A DNA stretch of 64,000 nt from contig CAYPSI010000235.1 of assembly GCA_964413375.1 (NCBI GenBank), forward strand, positions 8,982 through 72,981. Reading direction: 5' to 3'. Below the pieces are notes generated by a model that ran no database searches, was not told the DNA's origin, and was given only the letters and a program-made list of their open reading frames with translations. Source of the DNA: an uncultured Spirochaetales bacterium. GTDB taxonomy: Bacteria > Myxococcota_A > UBA9160 > SMWR01. Below, piece after piece: positions 47,521 through 56,594 of the stretch. How positions within the stretch are numbered: position 1 is the first letter of the stretch; every line of letters begins with the position of its first letter. A program made the position numbers and the translations under genes.

Positions 47521-49902
47521 GTGCGTCGCCTCCTCCCCGCTCTCGCCCTCGCGCAGGCCACGGGGGTCTTCGCGGCGGACCGCGGCCTGCTCGGCGTCCG
47601 ACCGGCGCTCGCGCTCGGTGCGTCGGTCTTCGCGCTCGCAGGCCTGCTCGGGCCCGGCCCCCGCGGGCGCGCCGGGCTGGCGCTGATCGCGGCCTTCGCG
47701 GGCGGCGCGCTGGCGCTCGGCCTCGAGCTCGAGTCGGTCGACGCGACACGCCTGCTCCGCCGCACCGAGCGGACGCTCGAGGCGACCGTGCGCGAGGTCG
47801 TTCCGGTGGGTCCAGCGCTGGCGCGCGTCGAGCTGGATGCGGTCGCTGGGATCGGGCCGGAGCGGGCGCGGCTCCCAGACCGAATCCGGCTCTGGCTGGC
47901 TCTGGATCCGGCCCTTCCCCGGGGTCTCGAGAGCGCACTGCCGGGCGAGCGGATCCGCGCGCGCGTTCGCCTCGCCGCCCCCGCTTCGCGGCGCAACCCG
48001 GGAGCATCCGATGCCTCGCTGCGCGCGCGACGCGCGGGAATCGGCGCGGTCGGCAGGCTCGTGCATCCCGCGCTCCACGCGCGCCTGCCGGAGCGGGAAG
48101 CCGCGCGCCTGCTCGCGCCGCTCCACCGCATCCGCGAGCGAGCGGCCGCTCGGCTCGCGGCCTTCGGGCGAGGCGGCGATCTGCTGCGCACGCTCGCGCT
48201 CGGGCAGTCGGGGGTGCTCGATCGCGCGGTACGGGAATCCTGTGCGGAGCTCGGCATCTCTCACCTGCTCTCGGTCTCGGGACTTCACCTGAGCTTCGTA
48301 GCCGCGCTGGCCTTCGGCGGGGCGCGTCGCGCGCTCGCGCGCTCGGCGCGCCTGTGCGCGCGCTGGGACGTGCGGCGTCCGGCCCTCGCGCTGGCCTTCG
48401 GATGCGCAGCAGCCTACGCAGTGCTGGCCGGAGGCGGGGTGCCGGTCCGCCGCGCGCTGATCCTCCTCGCTGCGCTCGCGGCTGCGGCGATCACCCGCAG
48501 GCCCGCCGCTGCTACGACCTCGCTGGCAGCCGCGGGCGTCGCGATCCTCGCCGTCGAGCCGGCGGCACTCTTCGACCCGGGCGCACAGCTGTCCTTTGCG
48601 GGAAGCGCAGCACTCGCCGCCGCGATCGTGCGCGATCGCCCGGGCGATGCGCACCCGCTCGCGAGGGCGATCACCGAGGGGCTGCGTGTCTCGGCCACCG
48701 CGCTGCTCGCCACCGCGCCGATCGCCGCGGCGCACTTCGGACGCAGCGCGCCCTTTGCGCTGCTCGCCAACACGATCGCCGTGCCATGGACTGGCGCCGT
48801 GCTGCTGCCCGCGGCACTCGTGAGCGTGGCTCTCGCGCTGCTGCCAGCGCACCCGGCGGTCGACGCGGCGCTCGCGGCCCTCGCGTGGCTCGGCGAGCGC
48901 TCGCTACGCGGGAGCGAGCTGCTCGCCAGCGTGCTGCCGGCACCCCGCGGCGGCGCGGCGCCAGGATTCTGGGCGCTCTTCGCGTGCGCCGCGCTGGCAG
49001 CGGCCGGGTTGCGCGCACGCCGTACGCGCTGGCGCGTGCTGCTCGCGGCAGCCCTGGGGGCCGTGCTCGCGCTCGCGCCGCCGGCCCGCGTCGAGCCCGA
49101 TCTTCCGAGAGTCGTCTTCCTCGACGTCGGGCAAGGCGACGCCGTCGTCGTACAGGCGGCGGGCGCGTCGATCCTCGTCGACGCGGGCGGCTCCTACGGG
49201 ACGGGGCCGGATCCTGGACAGGAGATCGTCGTCCCGGCGCTGCGCGCGCTCGGCGTGCGGCGCGTCGACCTCTTCGTCGTGAGCCACGGAGACCTCGATC
49301 ACCGGGGAGGTGCGCCCGCGGTGCTTCGCAGCCTCGAGGTGGGAGAGGTCTGGCTGCCCTTCGGCGCCGCGCGCGATGCGTCCTTCGCCGCTCTCGTGGA
49401 GGCAGCCGGTGCGGCGGGCGTGCCGGTTCGTGAGCGGGGCGAGGGGTCTTCGCGCTGGGCGCGCGGCGACCTCGTCGCCACGCCACTCTGGCCCCGCCGA
49501 GAGGTGGGAAGTGCCTCGCGCAACGACCGCTCGCTGGTCGTGCGCGTCGCGGCGGCGGGCCGCCGCGTGCTTCTGCCGGGCGATCTCGAAGCGGAAGGGG
49601 AGGCCGCGCTGCTCGCCTCGCAGCCAGACCTGCGCGCCGAGGTGCTGAAGCTCCCGCATCACGGCAGCCGCAGCTCGTCGACGCGCGCATTCCTCGCCGC
49701 GGTCGACGCGAGCGTCGCGATTTCTTCGGCCCCCTGCGAGGGGCGCTTCGGCATGCCACACCCCGAGGTCGTGCAACGCGCCCGCGAGAGCGGGGCAGCC
49801 CTCTGGTGGACCGGACGCGATGGTGCCGTCCGCATCGGTCTCGGTGCTCGCCTGCACACGCTCGGAACCGGCGAGCCGCGTCACTGCACGCCCGGCGGCT
49901 AG
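47521..49902 (+). CDS. comEC: DNA internalisation channel ComEC/Rec2 with C-terminal metallo-beta-lactamase domain
   Basis: 793 aa. It has a polytopic competence domain (GISHLLSVSGLHLSFV..) and an MBL domain (VVFLDVGQGDAVVVQ..ILVDAGG..FVVSHGDLDHRGG..LKLPHHGS). Confidence 0.88.
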   Translation: MRRLLPALALAQATGVFAADRGLLGVRPALALGASVFALAGLLGPGPRGRAGLALIAAFAGGALALGLELESVDATRLLRRTERTLEATVREVVPVGPALARVELDAVAGIGPERARLPDRIRLWLALDPALPRGLESALPGERIRARVRLAAPASRRNPGASDASLRARRAGIGAVGRLVHPALHARLPEREAARLLAPLHRIRERAAARLAAFGRGGDLLRTLALGQSGVLDRAVRESCAELGISHLLSVSGLHLSFVAALAFGGARRALARSARLCARWDVRRPALALAFGCAAAYAVLAGGGVPVRRALILLAALAAAAITRRPAAATTSLAAAGVAILAVEPAALFDPGAQLSFAGSAALAAAIVRDRPGDAHPLARAITEGLRVSATALLATAPIAAAHFGRSAPFALLANTIAVPWTGAVLLPAALVSVALALLPAHPAVDAALAALAWLGERSLRGSELLASVLPAPRGGAAPGFWALFACAALAAAGLRARRTRWRVLLAAALGAVLALAPPARVEPDLPRVVFLDVGQGDAVVVQAAGASILVDAGGSYGTGPDPGQEIVVPALRALGVRRVDLFVVSHGDLDHRGGAPAVLRSLEVGEVWLPFGAARDASFAALVEAAGAAGVPVRERGEGSSRWARGDLVATPLWPRREVGSASRNDRSLVVRVAAAGRRVLLPGDLEAEGEAALLASQPDLRAEVLKLPHHGSRSSSTRAFLAAVDASVAISSAPCEGRFGMPHPEVVQRARESGAALWWTGRDGAVRIGLGARLHTLGTGEPRHCTPGG

Positions 49903-49934
49903 CGCGCGCGTGAGGGCCGGGAGCGGTTCCGGTC

Positions 49935-50678
49935 TCAGTAGAGGCCGAGCATCCGGCCGGCGAGCCTGAGCACGGCAGCCACGAGCACCGGTCGGATCAC
50001 GCGCTCGCCTCCCGCCACCGCGAGGCGAACCCCGAGCTCCGCCCCGACGGCGAAGCCGGCGCCGAGGACGAGCGCGGGAGGCCAGTCGATCTGACCCCCG
50101 AGCGCAAACACCGGGATCGCGGTGGCGGTGAGCGACGCGATCACGGCGACCTTGAGGGCGTTCGCGCGCACGAGCTCGTGCCCGGCGTGCACGAGTGCGA
50201 AGACGAGTGGGATCCCGACGCCGGCCTGGATCGCGCCGCCGTAGACCCCGAGCCCGAAGAACACGAGCGCCGACCCCGCGCGCCCGAAGCCCGGCCCCGG
50301 CAGCGTCGAACGCGTGCGTCGCAGCGTCGGGACGAGCAGCAGCAGCATCACCACCCCGAAGAGGCGCTCGAAGGTCGCGTCGGCCACCCGGGAGATCGCG
50401 CTGGCGCCGAGCAGTGAGCCCGCGAGAACCGGCGCGAGCACCGGCAGCAGTGCGCGCAGCTCGAGCCGGCCGCTCTGGTGAAATCTCGAGGTCGCAACGA
50501 GCGACTGGATCAGCACGCCGACGCGGTTGGTGCCGTTCGCGACGCTCCCCGGAAGCCCGAGCAGCACCAGGAGCGGTACCGTGAGCAGCGAGCCGCCTCC
50601 GGCGAGAGTATTCACGACCCCCGCGAAAAGTCCGCCCGCGAGCAGCGCCGCAACTGCCGTGGGGCTCAGGCCATCCAT
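49935..50678 (-). CDS. TauE/SafE-family anion exporter (sulfite exporter-like)
   Basis: 247-aa polytopic membrane protein with GVVNTLAGGGSLLTVPLL and GTNRV motifs. I use the ATG at 50678. Confidence 0.85.
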   Translation of the reverse strand: MDGLSPTAVAALLAGGLFAGVVNTLAGGGSLLTVPLLVLLGLPGSVANGTNRVGVLIQSLVATSRFHQSGRLELRALLPVLAPVLAGSLLGASAISRVADATFERLFGVVMLLLLVPTLRRTRSTLPGPGFGRAGSALVFFGLGVYGGAIQAGVGIPLVFALVHAGHELVRANALKVAVIASLTATAIPVFALGGQIDWPPALVLGAGFAVGAELGVRLAVAGGERVIRPVLVAAVLRLAGRMLGLY

Positions 50679-50776
50679 GCGCGCTGCCTCACGGGCGCTG
50701 ACTCTAGCGCGTGGACCCGGCGCGCTCGGAAGGCGCATTACCGGATCTGCGCTGCCCCTGTGATAGGATCGGCGCG

Positions 50777-51850
50777 ATGGGCGAGGCGCGCTCCCGCGAC
50801 GACGTGATCGAGGTGCGCCCGGACGAGCGCTTCGACGAGCACCGCCTCGCCGAGTGGCTGCGCGGCCGGCTCGAGGGCGCCGATCTCCCACTCCGCGTCC
50901 GCCAGTTCGGCGGCGGACATGCCAATCTGACCTATCTCCTGCACTTCGGGAGCCCGCCCGAGGGGCGCGAGGTGGTGCTGCGCCGCCCGCCCCTCGGACC
51001 GGTCGCCGCGCACTCCCACGACATGCACCGCGAATACCGCGCCTTGTCGCGGCTCTGGCGGGGCTTCCCGCTCGCGCCGCGGGCGTTCCTGTACTGCGAA
51101 GACCGCGACGTGATCGGCAGCGAGTTCCTGGTGATGGAGCGCCGGCACGGCAGCGTGGTCCGCAGCGTGGTACCGCCCGAGTTCGGCAGCGGTCGCGATC
51201 CCGTCGCAAATCGCAAGCTCTCGGAGGTCGTCGTCGACGTGCTCGCCGAGTTCCATGCCGTCGACCCCGCTGCGGTCGAGCTCGAGGGGCTCGGCAAGCC
51301 CGAGGGCTTCCTCGGCCGTCAGGTGCGCGGTTGGAGGGAGCGCCTCGCACGCGTCCGGACGCGCGAGCTGCCGGTCGCGGAGGAAGTCGGGGGCTGGCTC
51401 GAGCAGAACCTGCCGGGCTCGCCGCGCGCCACGCTGGTGCACAACGACTGGCGGCTCGACAACATGGCGGTGGCCTTCGACGACCCCGGTCGTTGCGTCG
51501 CCGTCTACGACTGGGACATGTGTACGCTGGGCGATCCGCTCTGCGACCTCGGTACGCTGCTCGCGATGTGGAGCGAGCGCGGCGAGGCTCCCGCCGGAAC
51601 GAATCCGATGCCGAGCCAGCTGGAGGGATTCATGCCGCGCGCGGCGGCTGCCCGTCGCTATGCGGAGCGCAGCAATCGCCCGCTCGACGCGCTCGCCTAC
51701 TACATCGTCTTCGGCACCTTCAAGATGGGGGTCGTGCTCCAGCAGATCTTCTTCCGCTACGAGCGGGGGCAGACGCAGGACCGCCGTTTCGCCGCGCTCG
51801 GCGACGCCGCCGAGGGGCTCTTCCGGCTCGCCGCCGAGCGGCGACCCTGA
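50777..51850 (+). CDS. Phosphotransferase (APH/ChoK-like kinase family)
   Basis: QFGGGHANLTYLL, VLRRPP, LVHNDWRLDNM (catalytic loop) and VYDWDMCTLGDP (DxD). It resembles the APH domains that accompany acyl-CoA dehydrogenases. Confidence 0.82.
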   Translation: MGEARSRDDVIEVRPDERFDEHRLAEWLRGRLEGADLPLRVRQFGGGHANLTYLLHFGSPPEGREVVLRRPPLGPVAAHSHDMHREYRALSRLWRGFPLAPRAFLYCEDRDVIGSEFLVMERRHGSVVRSVVPPEFGSGRDPVANRKLSEVVVDVLAEFHAVDPAAVELEGLGKPEGFLGRQVRGWRERLARVRTRELPVAEEVGGWLEQNLPGSPRATLVHNDWRLDNMAVAFDDPGRCVAVYDWDMCTLGDPLCDLGTLLAMWSERGEAPAGTNPMPSQLEGFMPRAAAARRYAERSNRPLDALAYYIVFGTFKMGVVLQQIFFRYERGQTQDRRFAALGDAAEGLFRLAAERRP

Positions 51851-51881
51851 GCACGGCCGAAGACGCAGCCAAGGAGGTTCC

Positions 51882-52388
51882 ATGGGCGACGGCTTCTCGT
51901 TTCCGGTGGATGGAACGGCGATCATGCTCTTTGCGAGTGCGCTCGGGGAGACCAACCCGATCTACTACGACGAGGAGCATGCGCGCGCGACCGCGCTCGC
52001 AGGAGTGATCGCGCCGCCGACCTTCGGCGTGGCGTCGGCGCACTGGAACCCGCGGCACCTCTTCCGCGGCGTCCGACGGATCCCTCCGCCGGCGGCCGCT
52101 CCGGCCGCCGGGAGCGCCGGCAGCGCGCCGCGGCCCGAAGCCGGGGAGGGCGGGTCGCTGGCCCGCGTCCTGCACGGCGAGCAGCGCTTCGAGTACCACG
52201 AGCCGCTGCGGCCGGGAATGCGGCTGCGGGTCGAGACACGCCCCGGCAGGAGCTGGGAGAAGGAGGGGCGGCGCGGCGGATCGCTCCGCTTCAGCGAGAG
52301 TGTGAGCGAGTACCGCGACGAATCCGGCCGGCTCGTGCTGACGGCGACGAGCGTAGGCATCGTGACCGCCCGGGCGGTGGAGGACTGA
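51882..52388 (+). CDS. MaoC-N/FAS1-like hot-dog dehydratase subunit (non-catalytic type)
   Basis: AAGGAGG precedes the ATG. IMLFASALGETNPIYYDEEHA..APPTF..LHGEQRFEYHEPLRPG resembles N-terminal MaoC dehydratase halves. An Ala/Pro/Gly-rich insert is present. Confidence 0.75.
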   Translation: MGDGFSFPVDGTAIMLFASALGETNPIYYDEEHARATALAGVIAPPTFGVASAHWNPRHLFRGVRRIPPPAAAPAAGSAGSAPRPEAGEGGSLARVLHGEQRFEYHEPLRPGMRLRVETRPGRSWEKEGRRGGSLRFSESVSEYRDESGRLVLTATSVGIVTARAVED

Positions 52389-52391
52389 GAC

Positions 52392-52835
52392 ATGGCGTCG
52401 ATTCCGCGCGCATTCGCCGGGGAGATCGCGGTGGGCGAGGAGCGGGAGGCGCTCGTCGTGGAAAAGCTGTCGCGCACGCAGATCGCGCAGTACGCCGGGG
52501 CCTCGGGAGACTTCAACCCGATCCACCACGATGAGCCCTTCGCAACGCAGACCGCCGGCTATCCGTCGGTCTTCGCGCACGGGATGTTGACGATGGGGCT
52601 CACCGGGCGCCTGCTCACCGACTGGCTCGGAGACGGCGTGCTGCGCAGCTTCGGCGTGCGCTTCGTGCGCCAGGTCTGGCCGGGCGACACGCTGAGGGTC
52701 CGGGGGCGCGTGGTGGCCGTGGAGGATCACCCGTCGGGCTGCCTCGCGACGATCGAGGTGGCCACCCGCAACCAGAAGGACGAAGAGGTGGTCGCCGGCA
52801 CCGCAACGGCGCTGCTCCCGCGGCGCGAAGCTTGA
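52392..52835 (+). CDS. MaoC-like (R)-specific hydratase/dehydratase subunit
   Basis: YAGASGDFNPIHHDEPFA is the hydratase 2 motif, followed by AHGMLTMG. Confidence 0.85.
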   Translation: MASIPRAFAGEIAVGEEREALVVEKLSRTQIAQYAGASGDFNPIHHDEPFATQTAGYPSVFAHGMLTMGLTGRLLTDWLGDGVLRSFGVRFVRQVWPGDTLRVRGRVVAVEDHPSGCLATIEVATRNQKDEEVVAGTATALLPRREA

Positions 52836-53767
52836 AGGCCCGCTTCGCGGCCCTCGCGGGGGTTCTCGCGGCCTGTGCCGGGGACACCGTCGACGTGACG
52901 GGGCTCGAGGCGCGCTATCCGCAGCTCCGCGCGCTCTCACCGCACCGACTGGGCGAGTCGCGTCCCTATGCGCTGGCCTTCGGCGGGGAGCTGGTGCTCT
53001 TTCTGTGCCGATGGCCGGCCGACGCGCCGATTCCGGTGTCGATCGGACGCGAAGCCGAGGAGAGGCAGATCGAAGCGCTGGCAGCCGCGCTGCGCGGCTG
53101 GGAAGGGGCAGGCCTCGGCGTGCATTTCGTGCGCGTCGAAGAGGCGGCTGCGATTCGCGTCCGCGTGCGCGACGACATCGTGACCAGCCAGGCCGATACC
53201 GTGGCCGACTGCGCGATCGAGGGCCTCCCGGCGCAGGGCGCGCCGCAGGTACCCGGGGCGCGGCTGATCGGGGCCTCGATCCATCTCTCCCGCGACGACC
53301 CGAATCCCCGGCTCACGCTGCTCCACGAGCTCGGCCACGCGCTCGGCTTCCAGGGACACGTGCCCTACGGGTCGACGCTGATGCTCTCGCGCCATGCGGA
53401 GGTCGTGGAGCGGGCGCGTCGGGTCACGGAGTCCTCGCCGGTCGACGACGTGGCGCTGCGCGCGCTCTACGCCGTGCCTTCCGGCGCGATCGTGGCGCGG
53501 ATCTCGCTGACCCGGAGCCAGACACTCCCGGCCGACCGCCTGCGCGAGGTCGCGAGCGAGCGTGGCCTCGCGGGTCCCTTCGCACGCATGGGCGATCGCG
53601 AGGGCCTGCTCTGGTGGGCGGGAAGCGTCGGCCGAAATCTGGCGCTGCGGATCGAGGGCGCCCAGGCAGCGCTCCGCAAGCCGGCTGCGCTGCGTCTGTC
53701 TCCGGCCTCGGCGGAGGCGCGGCGGATGCTGGCCCCGCCGCAGGAGGACCTTCCGGGGGCCGGTTGA
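52832..53767 (+). CDS. Putative lipoprotein zinc metalloprotease (HExxH)
   Basis: The TTG start overlaps the upstream stop (TTGA). Lipobox LAAC and LLHELGHALGF (HExxH, matrixin/astacin-like context). I do not recognise a precise family. Confidence 0.65.
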   Translation: MKARFAALAGVLAACAGDTVDVTGLEARYPQLRALSPHRLGESRPYALAFGGELVLFLCRWPADAPIPVSIGREAEERQIEALAAALRGWEGAGLGVHFVRVEEAAAIRVRVRDDIVTSQADTVADCAIEGLPAQGAPQVPGARLIGASIHLSRDDPNPRLTLLHELGHALGFQGHVPYGSTLMLSRHAEVVERARRVTESSPVDDVALRALYAVPSGAIVARISLTRSQTLPADRLREVASERGLAGPFARMGDREGLLWWAGSVGRNLALRIEGAQAALRKPAALRLSPASAEARRMLAPPQEDLPGAG

Positions 53768-53817
53768 AGTGCGCGCGGGGGATGCGCAGAATCCCGCTGG
53801 GAGAACCTGTCGGCGCG

Positions 53818-54612
53818 ATGTCGCTCTCACTCGATCTCAAGGGTCGTCGTCTGCTCGTCCTGGGCGCCTCGTCCGGCGTCGGGCGCGCAGTCGGCGAGCT
53901 GGCCTCCCGCTCGGGTGCCCGAGTGGCCTTCGCCGCGCGCCGCAAGCAGCGCCTCGAGGAATCCGTCGCCAGCGCGCCCGGTGCCATCGCGGTGGTGTGC
54001 GACGTCCGCAGCGGCGAGCAGTGCGCGCGGGCCGTCGCCGAGACCGCGCAAGCCTTCGGAGGGATCGACGCCTTCGTCTACGCCACGGGGATGTCGCCGC
54101 TCGGGATGCTCGAGGAAGCCAGCCACGAGGAGTGGCGCAGCGTGCTCGATACGAACCTCGTCGGGGCCTCGATCATCACGGCCCACGCGCTACCCCACCT
54201 GCGCGAGAGCGCGGGGCGCGCGGTCTACGTCTCCTCCTACTCGGTGCGGCAGCCGCTTCCGGGCGTCGGGCTCTACCGGGTCTCCAAGGTCGCCCTCGAC
54301 GCGCTGATCGAGGCCTGGCGCATGGAGCACCCCGACGTCGAGTTCACCCGGGTCATGCTCGGCAACACCGACGGGACCGAGTTCGCCCACGGCTGGGGCG
54401 CCAAACGGACCGAAAGCGTGACGAAGGCCTGGATCGAGCGCGGACTCTTCCCGGCCGCGACGATGATGCCGCTCGAGGCCGCCGCCGAGGCGGTGCTCTC
54501 CGTCCTGGCGCTGCGCGCTTATGTCGACGATGTTGCGGTGATGCCGCGCACGCGGGACCCGCGCGCCGAGGTCACCGCGCGAGACGCGAAGGCGCACGAG
54601 CCGTCGGGCTGA
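53818..54612 (+). CDS. Short-chain dehydrogenase/reductase
   Basis: The Gly-rich loop LVLGASSGVGRA and the catalytic Y-x3-K (YRVSKVAL) after SS. Confidence 0.85.
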   Translation: MSLSLDLKGRRLLVLGASSGVGRAVGELASRSGARVAFAARRKQRLEESVASAPGAIAVVCDVRSGEQCARAVAETAQAFGGIDAFVYATGMSPLGMLEEASHEEWRSVLDTNLVGASIITAHALPHLRESAGRAVYVSSYSVRQPLPGVGLYRVSKVALDALIEAWRMEHPDVEFTRVMLGNTDGTEFAHGWGAKRTESVTKAWIERGLFPAATMMPLEAAAEAVLSVLALRAYVDDVAVMPRTRDPRAEVTARDAKAHEPSG

Positions 54613-54635
54613 CCCGCACGGATGGAGGAGGAAGC

Positions 54636-55088
54636 ATGCCTCGCTTCAATCACATGGAGCTGACGCTGCCCCCGGGCGTGCTGACCGAGCGGCGTCGCGA
54701 GATCGCCGCCTTCTACGGCGATCTCTTCGGGTGGGAATCCCTGGACGTTCCGATCGTCGGGCAACTCGGCCTGCTGCTGCGCACGGACCCCGAGACCAGC
54801 CAGTTCATCCTGCTGACCGAACAGCGCAAGGCGATGAGCGCCCCCGGTTACGACCACCTCGGGCTCCTCTATGACCACCGCGAGGAGGTCGACGCGCTGC
54901 TCGAGAAGGCGAAGAAATGGCAGGATCGGGAGCCGCGCGTCGAGATCAAGGAGTACGCGGACCTGCACATCGCGGGCACCACGGTGCACGCCTTCTACGT
55001 GCGCCACCTGCTCCCGATCTGGTTCGACGTCCAGGTGATCGAGAACGAGCCCGGGATGGCGCCGGGCCGCCGCTGGCGCTTCGAGTAG
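54636..55088 (+). CDS. VOC/glyoxalase-like domain protein
   Basis: GGAGGAGGAAGC precedes the ATG. FNHMELTLP..FYGDLFGWE..YDHLGL resembles vicinal oxygen chelate fold proteins. The assignment is tentative. Confidence 0.6.
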   Translation: MPRFNHMELTLPPGVLTERRREIAAFYGDLFGWESLDVPIVGQLGLLLRTDPETSQFILLTEQRKAMSAPGYDHLGLLYDHREEVDALLEKAKKWQDREPRVEIKEYADLHIAGTTVHAFYVRHLLPIWFDVQVIENEPGMAPGRRWRFE

Positions 55089-55100
55089 AGGCGAGCGGGC

Positions 55101-56531
55101 TCAGGCCCCCGGAGGCAGGTCCTCGCCGAGCTCGCGGAGCAGCGCGGCGAGCCGCGACAGCGCGACGGTATCGCGCGCATCCAGCCCCACCGCCCGCTCG
55201 AGGTGCTCCCGCGCCGCCACCGGCTCGGAAGGGGTCTTCTTGAAGAGGGCCCACCCGAGCGCGCTCTGGTAGGCGGGCTCTTCCGGCCAGAGATCGACCG
55301 CGGCCCGGAGATAGTCGACGGCGCCGCGAAAGTTTCCCTGTCGCACCAGGATCTCGCCCTTGCGGTAGTTCGTCTCGGCATTCGCCAGCCGATCGGCGTC
55401 GAGCACCTCTCCGTCGTTCGCGAGGGAATCGTCGTAGCTGCGCCGGCGCTCGGCGTCCGAGAGGGCGGCGTAGGACTTGCCGATCTCGGTGAAGATGCGG
55501 CTCGCGCGGCCCCGCATCTCGGCGTCGAGGCCGGCGCGTGCGAGCGCGTCGGGATGGTAGGTCTTGGCTGCTAGATGATAGGCCGACTTGATCGTCGGGG
55601 CATCGGCCGAGCGGGGGATTCCGAGCAGCGCGTAGTGATCGAGGGTTCCGAGCCGCTCGAAGCGCTCGTCGATCTGCGCGGCGAGCGTGGCGGAGCTCTT
55701 CCCGCCAGCGCTGCGAGGTCCCGCGGGACGGGGACCCCCCCGCGCGCTCGCCTCCCGCGGCGCCGTCGCGCCCGCCACGACGACCTCGACGTCCCGCGTG
55801 CCGTCGCTGCTGATCGGGGCGTCCGAGAGCGCGAGGCCACCTGCCTCGTGCAGCACCCAGCAGGTCGCGAACGCGAGCGGCGTTCGCGCGGCCTGGACGA
55901 CTCGCCACAGCGTGCGCTCACCGTCGAGGCCGGCGAAGAGGGCCTCGACGGATTCGTCGCGTTGCAGGCGTTGCAGGAGATCCTCGAAGCGCCGGCCGGG
56001 CCGTGCATAGCGATCCATGCTCGGCCCGAGGTCCGCGAGGATCCGCTCGAGGCTCCAATGCGCGGCGATGCCCTCCTGGAGCAGCGGAACGAGGTCCGTG
56101 CGCAGCGGCTGCGCGTCGGCCGGGGCCTGCGCGGAGGGGTCGACGTGGAACTCTCCGCGCGGCCACACGAAGCACTCGAGCAGGCGCAGACGGACCTGGT
56201 CCTTCAGCGCGACGAAGAGCCCGCGCGCATCGATCAGCTCGAGGTCGAGCAGCGCCCGCCCTTCCTTGCACTGCTCGCGCGCCACGTAGGCGCCGACGCG
56301 GTTGTAGTCCACGCGGGAGAGCCGCCCGGCATCCATCAGCTGGACGCCGAGGCTCTCGCTCGCGAGATTCGACTCCGCGAACACCGGGACGCCCTCGTGC
56401 AGCAGAAAGCGCTTGCCGACGCGATCGCGCGTGAGCGTGAGGGTGCCCGAGAAGCGGGCTCGATGGAGATCGAGCAGGAGCCGGGGGAAGGAGGTCTCCT
56501 CGAGGCGCCCGTGCTCGGGGATGGCGACCAT
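55101..56531 (-). CDS. DUF4388 (PatA-N-like) plus J-domain plus TPR protein
   Basis: The N-terminal FPRLLLDLHRARFSGTLTL..RFLLHEGVPVFAESN is DUF4388-like. The central J-domain is DHYALLGIPRSADAPTIKSAYHLAAKTYHPD. The C-terminus has TPRs. Confidence 0.8.
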   Translation of the reverse strand: MVAIPEHGRLEETSFPRLLLDLHRARFSGTLTLTRDRVGKRFLLHEGVPVFAESNLASESLGVQLMDAGRLSRVDYNRVGAYVAREQCKEGRALLDLELIDARGLFVALKDQVRLRLLECFVWPRGEFHVDPSAQAPADAQPLRTDLVPLLQEGIAAHWSLERILADLGPSMDRYARPGRRFEDLLQRLQRDESVEALFAGLDGERTLWRVVQAARTPLAFATCWVLHEAGGLALSDAPISSDGTRDVEVVVAGATAPREASARGGPRPAGPRSAGGKSSATLAAQIDERFERLGTLDHYALLGIPRSADAPTIKSAYHLAAKTYHPDALARAGLDAEMRGRASRIFTEIGKSYAALSDAERRRSYDDSLANDGEVLDADRLANAETNYRKGEILVRQGNFRGAVDYLRAAVDLWPEEPAYQSALGWALFKKTPSEPVAAREHLERAVGLDARDTVALSRLAALLRELGEDLPPGA

Positions 56532-56594
56532 GGCACCGGAATTTTCGGGTCATCGGCCCCCGGACTTGACAGGGCTTCGCCCGCCTGGGGCTCG

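Noticed and set aside
45556-48852. 1098-aa ORF on the minus strand
   Set aside because: It is a shadow of uvrC, the protease gene, the small ORF and comEC. It crosses intergenic repeats and promoters, and its translation is Arg/Gly-rich junk.
56563-56568. A perfect TTGACA hexamer in the 56532-56594 gap
   Set aside because: It is on the plus strand, pointing into the antisense of the STAS gene. No -10-like hexamer follows at 16-19 nt. The flanking genes are both on the minus strand.
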